Shown here: positions 56,729 to 64,000 of the stretch, piece after piece
Numbering within the stretch: position 1 is the first letter of the stretch
How the letters are laid out: the number at the start of each line of letters is the position of its first letter
Assembly: GCA_002418725.1 (NCBI GenBank)
Contig: DIER01000011.1
Location: forward strand, 19,344 to 83,343
DNA: 64,000 nt
Source: Acholeplasmataceae bacterium UBA5769
GTDB lineage: Bacteria; Bacillota_I; Bacilli_A; Acholeplasmatales; Acholeplasmataceae
Direction of reading: 5' to 3'
Position numbers and translations under genes: made by a program
The notes under the pieces: generated by a model
Seen by the model: the letters and a program-made list of their open reading frames with translations, nothing else
The model's database searches: none
What the model was told of the DNA's origin: nothing

Positions 56729-57998
56729 AACCCTCCTTATAATTCGTATCTAGGGTGACATCAAGTCCTTCAGATACAAGAAATTGTACGATATGGTTCA
56801 TGATTGATAAATCCTTGAGTGGTGAACTCATGATAATGTTCGTATGTGATTTTAAAGAAATGAGTGTCATCGCTAAACCGTATCCAGCATTCACAAAATC
56901 AGCATCGACGATACGTGATTCTAATCCCGCAGGCAGGTCTACTACGCCTAAATTAGAAATGGAACAGCTAGAAATGGATTCACCTAAGATGTTATAGCCA
57001 ATCTTGAATGCAATCGTCTTAAGGACGAGAGGTAATATACGAATAAAGAAGTTCTTTTCGAAACCTACGAGTGAACTGATGCGTGACTGGAGTTTGTCCT
57101 TATCCAATTGATCAGAAAACTGTTCCTTTGTAATCTCAAGCATGTTTTCAAATGTCCAATCTGTGCGTTTTTGATCAAAAGTACTCTTGATGTATAACGA
57201 AAAGTTTCGTAGTGTGATTGAATCAAAATAAGGACGCAAATTAACGGGAATAAAAATCTTTAAAGGTTTTTTTCCACCAGTGAAATCGACGGTTTCCTTA
57301 AAGATGGAATAAGCTAAAAGAGCTGTGACAAACTGCGTCACTGTACAATGATATTTCGTCTTAACAAGGCTAAGGAGTGCCTTTGTTTCAAGTTTGATTT
57401 TGAGCATTAAAACCCAATGATTAGAGAATCTTTCGCCTTCTAAATGATAGGCTTTTTCTTCTTTAAGATTACGTCTTTTCTCTTTATCATAGTTTGAGAC
57501 AAAATTGTCTTCACTTTCTTTTCGTGATAAAGGTTTCTCACTTAAAATCTTATTTTCGTGCTCAATTTTACAGCCACGTAACTTATAGTAGTTGTAGACA
57601 ATGGATTTCAAGAAGTGCATAGCACCTGTACCATCTGTAATGGCGTGGAAGGTTTCTAAAGTGACTTTGTTCTCAAGATAATAGACTTTAAACAAGTACC
57701 CGTGATTGCGGTATACTTTGAAGTATTTGCAAACTTGAGAAGGTTCTGGTTCAACTTCAAAGTGACGCGTATTTGATGCGAAATAATTCCAAAAAAGACC
57801 GTTTTTTAACTGTACAGCAAACGGTTCAAATCTTGGAAGAACTTTATTGACTGCTTCCTCAAGAAGCGTAGAATCAATGGTCTCGTCTAGATAAAAAGAT
57901 AGCCGAAAGACATTGCTGCGTTCATCTTGTGAAACAGCGGGGAAAATCTTTCCAGCGTTATCGAGTTTGTACCAATATTTTTGTTTTTTCAATGACAT
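56712..57998 (-). CDS. Alcohol-acetyltransferase / CoA-dependent acyltransferase-fold protein
   Basis: WYKLDNAGKIFP, VFRLS, FHAITDGTG (HxxxD), IPVNLRPYF.S.TLRNF and SNLG. Start is ATG 57998 or TTG 57992; the track start is over-extended. Confidence 0.75.
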   Translation of the reverse strand: MSLKKQKYWYKLDNAGKIFPAVSQDERSNVFRLSFYLDETIDSTLLEEAVNKVLPRFEPFAVQLKNGLFWNYFASNTRHFEVEPEPSQVCKYFKVYRNHGYLFKVYYLENKVTLETFHAITDGTGAMHFLKSIVYNYYKLRGCKIEHENKILSEKPLSRKESEDNFVSNYDKEKRRNLKEEKAYHLEGERFSNHWVLMLKIKLETKALLSLVKTKYHCTVTQFVTALLAYSIFKETVDFTGGKKPLKIFIPVNLRPYFDSITLRNFSLYIKSTFDQKRTDWTFENMLEITKEQFSDQLDKDKLQSRISSLVGFEKNFFIRILPLVLKTIAFKIGYNILGESISSCSISNLGVVDLPAGLESRIVDADFVNAGYGLAMTLISLKSHTNIIMSSPLKDLSIMNHIVQFLVSEGLDVTLDTNYKEGYDEIL

Positions 57999-58093
57999 CA
58001 CCTGTTGATGACACACGATGTTATGTATGTCACCTTTAATTATACACTTTTTTAAGTTTTCATGAAACATTTTAGACATAAAAGATAAAATAG

Positions 58094-58105
58094 TTCGAAT
58101 TCGAA
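58094..58105. promoter_or_regulatory. Palindrome TTCGAATTCGAA, probable MhqR-type MarR operator
   Basis: Perfect 12-bp palindrome 9 bp upstream of TTGAAT-17-TATAAT (58115-58143). Confidence 0.6.
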
Positions 58106-58166
58106 GCATTATATTTGAATGACCTTTCAGTATAGACTATAATGAAAATGAAGGATGTGATTTTAG

Positions 58167-59180
58167 ATGAAACCACTTAATGGCATGCACCATGTGACTG
58201 CGATCACGAGTAGTGCAGAAAAAATTTATGATTTCTTTACCCATGTCTTAGGATTGCGTTTAGTTAAAAAAACGGTGAATCAAGATGATATTCAAACCTA
58301 CCATCTCTTTTTTGCTGATGATGTGGGTGGTCCAGGAACAGACATGACCTTTTTTGATTTCCCTGGCGCTATCAAAGCTGTAAAAGGAACGAATGAAATT
58401 GGTAAAACCTCATTTAGGGTACCAACTGATCTAGCACTTGAATATTGGATGAAAAGATTTGACGTTTTTAAGGTCAGTCACGAAGGGATTCAAGAATTGT
58501 TTGGCATTAAAATGTTGCCCTTTGTTGATTTTGATGAACAGGAGTATGTTTTAATCTCTGATCAGCAAGATCATGGCGTTAAACCTGGCATTCCATGGCA
58601 AAAGGGTCCTATTCCTTTAGAATTTGCGATCAGAGGGCTAGGACCAGTGTTCTTTCGTGTCAACCGATTTGACTTAATGGACCGTGTATTAAGTGAAAAA
58701 TTAACGTTTAAAAAGACACATGAGGAACATCCCTATTATTTATATCAAACAGGTCTCGGTGGAAATGGTGGTAGTGTCATTGTTCATGTAACCGATAATC
58801 TTTTAAATGCAAGACAAGGTTACGGTGGTGTACACCATGTTGCCTTTTCAGTAGATAATGAAACTGACATTATGTCTTGGATTAGTCGTCTAAATGAAAT
58901 GGGTGCAGGACACTCAGGCTATGTGGATCGTTTCTACTTTAGGTCACTCTACACAAGACTTTATCCAGGTATTCTCTTTGAGTTTGCAACCGATGGACCT
59001 GGATTCATTGATGATGAAGAGCCTTATGAAACATTGGGAGAAAGGCTTGCCTTGCCACCACGTTTTAGACATCAACGTGCTCAAATTGAAAAACTCGTGA
59101 GACACATAGATACAAAACGTAGTGATAAGGTTTATAATAAGGAATATATGGATGAAGTTGGTGATAAACATGCAACGTGA
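58167..59180 (+). CDS. Ring-cleaving dioxygenase, VOC/glyoxalase family (MhqO/MhqA-like)
   Basis: GMHHVTAI, LGLRLVKKTVNQDD..TYHLFF, VHHVAF, VDRFYFRSLY and LFEFATDGPGF. Confidence 0.9.
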   Translation: MKPLNGMHHVTAITSSAEKIYDFFTHVLGLRLVKKTVNQDDIQTYHLFFADDVGGPGTDMTFFDFPGAIKAVKGTNEIGKTSFRVPTDLALEYWMKRFDVFKVSHEGIQELFGIKMLPFVDFDEQEYVLISDQQDHGVKPGIPWQKGPIPLEFAIRGLGPVFFRVNRFDLMDRVLSEKLTFKKTHEEHPYYLYQTGLGGNGGSVIVHVTDNLLNARQGYGGVHHVAFSVDNETDIMSWISRLNEMGAGHSGYVDRFYFRSLYTRLYPGILFEFATDGPGFIDDEEPYETLGERLALPPRFRHQRAQIEKLVRHIDTKRSDKVYNKEYMDEVGDKHAT

Positions 59181-59619
59181 AAAAGACTATCTTAAACTGA
59201 CAACCGTCTTATTTCGTACGATGCAACATGTTGAATCAGTGATTAAAAAAGATATTCAATCTTATCAATTAAATACATCGGAGTTCGGGACACTAGAACT
59301 CCTTTATCATCGTGGTGCGCAACCGATGCAGTCGATTGCTTCAAGGCTTTTGATGGCAAACAGTTCGATGACTTATGTCATTGATAAACTCGAAGCGAAA
59401 GACATGATTCAACGTAGACAAGATGAAAGTGATAAACGCGTTATCATGGTTGAATTAACTAAAGCTGGACATGATTTTTTTGAAGGTATATTCAAACATC
59501 ATATTGAAGCCTTATCTTCGATGTATGGTCATTTAACGCAAGAGGAACTGCTACTGCTCATTCAAACACTAAAAAAAGTGGGATATCGCGCAAAAGAGTT
59601 ACAAGGTGAAAAATCATGA
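59170..59619 (+). CDS. MarR-family regulator (MhqR-like)
   Basis: LNTSEFGTLELLYHRG, SSMTYVIDKLE and DKRV..V.LT..G. ATG 59170. Confidence 0.85.
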   Translation: MQREKDYLKLTTVLFRTMQHVESVIKKDIQSYQLNTSEFGTLELLYHRGAQPMQSIASRLLMANSSMTYVIDKLEAKDMIQRRQDESDKRVIMVELTKAGHDFFEGIFKHHIEALSSMYGHLTQEELLLLIQTLKKVGYRAKELQGEKS

Positions 59620-60215
59620 AACATGTGTACGAACAAGGATCAAATGGTAAAACCCTCATCATGCTTCACGGTACAGGTGGTGATGAGTACGACTTAATAC
59701 CACTCGCTAAGCATATAGATCCGCACGCCAATATTTTATCGATACGTGGTAATGTCCAAGAATATGGCATGCCTCGATTTTTCAAACGTCTCGCGATGGG
59801 TGTTTTTGATATGGAGAGTCTTTCTGAAGAAACAGAAAACTTATATAACTTTATCCATGAATCTGCGATCAACTATGGATTTGAATTGTCATTAGCAACG
59901 GTCATTGGCTATTCGAATGGTGCAAACATTGCAGCATCTATCTTACTTACCTATGATGCAGTATTCGGAAAAGCTATCTTATTTCGCCCAATGGTTCCCA
60001 GACGTGATCAAGACATCACAAATCTTAATCAGGTAAGGATTGTGATGTATGCAGGGAAGCATGATCAAACCGTCCCTGAGTATGATCCAGATACTTTAAA
60101 AGGATTCTTTGAAGCGCGCCATGCCATGGTGGACTTAGTTTGGCTTAATGAAGGTCACCAACTGACAAGAGATGAACTTGAACAAGCTAAAACGTGGTAC
60201 CACGAACACGCATAA
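59616..60215 (+). CDS. Alpha/beta hydrolase (MhqD-like carboxylesterase)
   Basis: LHGTGGDE.DL, PRFFKR and GYSNGANIA. Confidence 0.88.
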   Translation: MKHVYEQGSNGKTLIMLHGTGGDEYDLIPLAKHIDPHANILSIRGNVQEYGMPRFFKRLAMGVFDMESLSEETENLYNFIHESAINYGFELSLATVIGYSNGANIAASILLTYDAVFGKAILFRPMVPRRDQDITNLNQVRIVMYAGKHDQTVPEYDPDTLKGFFEARHAMVDLVWLNEGHQLTRDELEQAKTWYHEHA

Positions 60216-60228
60216 AGGATGTGTTTCT

Positions 60229-60549
60229 ATGTTTTATGACATTACAGAAAAAGAGATCCATGATTTTAAAGAATCTTATATCTTATCGATTGAACCTCTT
60301 CGGTTTCGTGAAATACCGGCAAGAGAAAAAAGAAAGTATATCATGCTATGCATCATCATACATCAAATGGATAAAGATAAGATTTATCATGAAATAGAGC
60401 TGAATGCACTTTTAAAACCTATGGTTGAAGATTACGTTATGATTCGTAGATATTTGGTTGATTATGGGTTTTTAAAACGTGTGAAAGATGGCTCCAAATA
60501 TTGGCTTGACTGTGATGTTAAGACTTATCAACCATTTAAATTGTCATAA
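60229..60549 (+). CDS. DUF2087-like protein
   Basis: IPAREKRK, Y.E.ELN..LK and DYVMIRRYLVDYGFLKR..DGS.YW. ATG 60229. Confidence 0.8.
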   Translation: MFYDITEKEIHDFKESYILSIEPLRFREIPAREKRKYIMLCIIIHQMDKDKIYHEIELNALLKPMVEDYVMIRRYLVDYGFLKRVKDGSKYWLDCDVKTYQPFKLS

Positions 60550-60551
60550 AG

Positions 60552-60585
60552 AAAAACGGGATAATCACTTATCCCGAATTTTTTT
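60552..60585. terminator. Bidirectional terminator
   Basis: CGGGATAA-TCAC-TTATCCCG flanked by A and T tracts. Confidence 0.7.
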
Positions 60586-61641
60586 CATAGGTAACATGTT
60601 TACGATAAAAGCCTTGATATTAATTTTCTTTACCCGGTTTGCGTGCGCTAGCCATAACATCGTATCTTGTATGGTTTCTTCAATCGGTCTTGTATGGTAA
60701 CCCAGTTCTTTGGTCGCCTTTGTGTGATCAAAGAGAGAATTTGAAGAGAGTGTGTATAGTGAATAAGAAGAATAAATAGGTGGTAAATGTCTGATGCGAT
60801 AGTATAGTTCAGCAAGTGGTGCAGATATTTTTGCAAACCACCTTGGTAGCACATGGATGGAGTGTTTTTTTCCAGAATACTTTTTTAAGAGTTCAAAGAG
60901 TTCCTTTAATTGGATTTGAGCACCAGAAAGAAGGTAAGTTTCTCCAACAGTTCCTTTTTCAATGGCTAGAAGAATCCCTTTAGCCACATCTCTCACATCA
61001 ACAAAATCATAAACGCCATTGATGCGTGATGTCAATTTTCCATTTAAATAATCTTCAATCATCATGGTCATATGACCATGTCCTTGATCTTCTGGACCAA
61101 TGATACCCGATGGATGGACAATTATGGCAGGAAGTCCTTGTTCTATCGCTTCAATCACATGTTTTGAAGCGAGTGCTTTGGATTTTGCGTAGTTTCCAAT
61201 GACTAAATCTGGATCAAAAGATCGTGTTTCATGCATAAAAAGACCATGAGTTTTTTCAGGGATTGCATGTACAGAAGACACATAAATCATCAAACCAATG
61301 TGGTGTTCAAATGCTAACTGAATAAGATGTTTTGTTCCACCGACATTGACACTTTCAATCCAAGGATTTTTTCGTTGTGAAATAGACACGATACCTGCTG
61401 TATGGATTAACACAAGTTTCTCTTGACTAAAATGAGTATCTTCAAGCTTAAAAAAATCGAGAAGTGTCTCTGGTTTTGTTACATCTCCAAGGTAGACATC
61501 AACACCAAGAGCTTGTAATCTTTTGGGATCATCTTTGGGTAAAATCAATCCGCGAACATGTTTTGCCTGATCACGTAACATTTGACATAACGTATAGCCC
61601 AAATGACCGTTTGCTCCAGTGACCAAATAGAGGTGTTCCAT
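60565..61641 (-). CDS. NAD-dependent epimerase/dehydratase (extended SDR, 3-beta-HSD/DFR-like)
   Basis: TGANGHLG, HTAG, YVSSV, YAKSK and FVDVRDVA. Confidence 0.88.
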   Translation of the reverse strand: MEHLYLVTGANGHLGYTLCQMLRDQAKHVRGLILPKDDPKRLQALGVDVYLGDVTKPETLLDFFKLEDTHFSQEKLVLIHTAGIVSISQRKNPWIESVNVGGTKHLIQLAFEHHIGLMIYVSSVHAIPEKTHGLFMHETRSFDPDLVIGNYAKSKALASKHVIEAIEQGLPAIIVHPSGIIGPEDQGHGHMTMMIEDYLNGKLTSRINGVYDFVDVRDVAKGILLAIEKGTVGETYLLSGAQIQLKELFELLKKYSGKKHSIHVLPRWFAKISAPLAELYYRIRHLPPIYSSYSLYTLSSNSLFDHTKATKELGYHTRPIEETIQDTMLWLAHANRVKKINIKAFIVNMLPMKKIRDK

Positions 61642-61726
61642 AAGATCATCTCCTTCACCTTTAACATATAGCCGATTCTGTGAAAAAGCAAGACTTTAGA
61701 TAAGATAAACTTATCCGTGTGAAATT

Positions 61727-62347
61727 TCACACAGTTAGTGAATGAATGGTTTCAATTATGATAACCTCGAGAGCTTCTTTGATGACTTCAAGTTCAAGAC
61801 TAAATAGATGAGGTTTATGATGAACTTGTGAGGTTTCATAAGGCACATGAATAAACCCTGCTTTGACATTTGTTTTTTTGGTCACATCAAGTTCATGCAT
61901 GACACTATAAAAAATGTGATTACATATGTATGTTCCAGCCGTATAAGATAGTTCCGCTGGGATGTGTTTATCTTTTAACGATTGGCATAAATGTTTGACG
62001 GGTAAGGTGGAAAAATAAGCGGGAGGTCCAAAAACAGAAATAGGATCATCCATAGGAGAAACACCTTTGGCATCAGGTATCAATGAATCATCTAAATTGA
62101 TGGCAATCCGTTCGATGGAGATCGCTTTTCTTCCTCCTGCTTGTCCAACCATCAAGATAATATCAGGTTCAAGATCTTTGATTTTTTCAATTAATATCTT
62201 CGAAGATTCATAATAGACAACAGGGAGTTCAAGTGAATATAGCTCACAGGGCAATACTCTTGGATCAAGTTTTTTTATCGCTTCAAAAGAAGGATTGATG
62301 GTTTCACCACCAAAGGGTTGAAACCCAGTTATCAGAAGTTTTATCAT
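61727..62347 (-). CDS. pcp: Pyroglutamyl-peptidase I
   Basis: LITGFQPFGGETINPS, GQAGGR, IERIAIN, AGTYICN and GFIHVP. ATG 62347. Confidence 0.93.
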   Translation of the reverse strand: MIKLLITGFQPFGGETINPSFEAIKKLDPRVLPCELYSLELPVVYYESSKILIEKIKDLEPDIILMVGQAGGRKAISIERIAINLDDSLIPDAKGVSPMDDPISVFGPPAYFSTLPVKHLCQSLKDKHIPAELSYTAGTYICNHIFYSVMHELDVTKKTNVKAGFIHVPYETSQVHHKPHLFSLELEVIKEALEVIIIETIHSLTV

Positions 62348-62473
62348 TGCATTCACCTCAACTTCATTTTACCACAGGAATGAAATCTCTAGTCTTTGGC
62401 TTTCACCTTGAATGATACATCCTTTTCATATATAATGAAATTAATGTTTCGGTTCAAAAAGAAAGAGAATATC

Positions 62474-63007
62474 ATGCATAAAATTGTTGAGTTATCACCA
62501 ACTGAATACAAAGACTATAAACTTGAGTATGAATATCAAACCAAGTATTTTCATCATCTTTCGATCAAAATGAAAAAAGATGTAAAAATGACCATCAAAA
62601 GAAAACGGTTTGTAAAAAAACAAGAAAAAAAGTTCACGGATTTTCTTTTTCAAAACTATATCGAACAACCACAAGCTTTTGGTATTTTTGAGAAAAAGAA
62701 GTTGATTGCAGTCATTGAAGGATCACTCGAATCATGGAACAACAGATACCGCATTTGGAACTTTTTAGTGGATAAGAAATATAGAAGAGATGGTTATGGC
62801 AAATCTTTGTTTCAACATATGGTAGGTGTTGCAAAAGAGTTAAAGGCACGCGCTCTTGTTTTAGAATGTCAAAGTTGCAACGACCCAGCCATTCAGTTTT
62901 ATTTAGATCGTGGTATGCATTTTATTGGTTTTGACACCATGTCTTATACGAATAATGATATTGGACAAAAAGAAGTAAGACTCGAGATGGGTATGCGTCT
63001 CGATTAA
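62474..63007 (+). CDS. GNAT-family N-acetyltransferase (streptothricin acetyltransferase-like fold)
   Basis: FLVDKKYRRDGYG and LECQSCNDPAIQFY...G..F.GFD..Y. ATG 62474. Confidence 0.8.
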   Translation: MHKIVELSPTEYKDYKLEYEYQTKYFHHLSIKMKKDVKMTIKRKRFVKKQEKKFTDFLFQNYIEQPQAFGIFEKKKLIAVIEGSLESWNNRYRIWNFLVDKKYRRDGYGKSLFQHMVGVAKELKARALVLECQSCNDPAIQFYLDRGMHFIGFDTMSYTNNDIGQKEVRLEMGMRLD

Positions 63008-63020
63008 TCATGAGGTGAAC

Positions 63021-64000
63021 ATGGAGCGTTTATGGACTCGTAATTTTACTATATTAACCATAGGCTCATTCATCTCAGCACTTGGTAGTGCTGCAGCAAG
63101 CGTGGCATTTGGTATTTTGATCTATCAGCGCACAGGTTCACCATTGACCTTGGCGCTTTTTACGGTTGCGAATATTGTTCCTAGAATTATCACGGGCTTT
63201 TTAGCTGGTCCTTTTGTTGATAGGCATTCCAGAAGAAAAACGGTATATCGACTTGATTATCTATCCTCAATGTTGTTTTTTGGCATTGCATTTATCCTCT
63301 TTACTGGCTATTTTGATGTCTTGGTTTTCACGCTGTTAGCTGGTGTTTTTGGCATCATTGATACCGTGTATCAACTTTCGTTTATGAGTATGTTTCCTGA
63401 AGTTATCACGAGAGGAAATCATTCAAGAGCATACTCATTATCTAGCCTCATATGGCCATTGTCAGCTGCTATGATGGCACCTATTGCAGCATTCATGATT
63501 GATCAGATTGTTTATGGTATTGCCATTTTGATGGCGTTTAACGCAGTGACTCATTTTATAGCAGCAAGTGTTGAATCAACAATTCGATTGGATGAAAAAT
63601 TGAATCAAAAGAAAGTGAGTGGGTTACAGTTTGTTGAAGATTTAAAAGAAGGTTTCCATTACTATAAACTTGAAAAGGGCATCTTTGGGATTGCCATTTT
63701 GTTTGCTGCATTTAGTTTTGTATTTGCATCACATGATTTACTTCGCATGCCTTATTTTATTAACAGTGATGTCTATACTTTACAACACTTTTCCTTTTTG
63801 ATCACAGCAGCATCCGTTGGTAGAATTATAGGGGGAATTGTCCATTATACATTTAAATACCCACCACATAAACGCTACTTGATTGCAGTCAGTGTTTACC
63901 TAACTGTAGAACTGTTATCAGCAACCATGCTCTACATGCCTTATGTTTTAATGATTACAGTCAGTTTTATTGTTGGGCTTTTATCGGTGACATCGTTTAA
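63021..64000 (+). CDS. MFS transporter (DHA3/MefA-like), 3' truncated by window end
   Basis: RBS GAGGTG, then MERLWTRNFTILTIGSFISALG...GPFVDRHSRRK. Frame stays open to the window end; absent from the ORF track. Confidence 0.85.
   Translation, partial: MERLWTRNFTILTIGSFISALGSAAASVAFGILIYQRTGSPLTLALFTVANIVPRIITGFLAGPFVDRHSRRKTVYRLDYLSSMLFFGIAFILFTGYFDVLVFTLLAGVFGIIDTVYQLSFMSMFPEVITRGNHSRAYSLSSLIWPLSAAMMAPIAAFMIDQIVYGIAILMAFNAVTHFIAASVESTIRLDEKLNQKKVSGLQFVEDLKEGFHYYKLEKGIFGIAILFAAFSFVFASHDLLRMPYFINSDVYTLQHFSFLITAASVGRIIGGIVHYTFKYPPHKRYLIAVSVYLTVELLSATMLYMPYVLMITVSFIVGLLSVTSF

Overview
Low-GC chromosomal window read in the standard genetic code (several genes end in TGA). It is most likely from a wall-less Acholeplasmatales/Izemoplasmatales-type Mollicute. 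This is inference from the Gram-positive-type DnaK, the hrcA/CIRCE heat-shock operon, a stand-alone rsmH, lipoproteins and the absence of peptidoglycan genes in the window. Layout: (1) 1-13.5 kb, a beta-1,3/1,6-glucan (laminarin-type) utilisation locus: YIP1-like membrane protein (truncated), DUF5696-like exported protein, two sugar ABC permeases, lipoprotein GH16, GH161-type beta-1,3-glucan phosphorylase, lipoprotein GH3, GH30 and LacI. (2) 13.5-20 kb, an unannotated structured ~115-nt candidate sRNA, an orphan OmpR-family regulator, and a minus-strand operon (Sm/Hfq-like small protein, two TrkA, TrkH, short KdpD, KdpE) preceded by TTAAG(AT) tandem repeats. (3) 20-64 kb, mostly housekeeping: tRNA-Lys(CTT), ABC-F, ispG, rpmG, hrcA-grpE-dnaK-dnaJ, DAK2-DegV fusion, lplA, rpmF, rsmH, Fur-like, nadD-nadE-mnmA, recD2, glgA-glgC, ald, CBS protein with a long structured leader, Mhq-like cluster, pcp, GNAT and a truncated MFS. 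No CRISPR array, IS element, prophage or rRNA was seen. Best candidates for undescribed biology: the YIP1-DUF5696-permease glycan uptake module, and the sRNA / orphan regulator / Sm-like protein / KdpDE-Trk region, which shares a repeat motif. Family calls come from motif recognition, not database searches.
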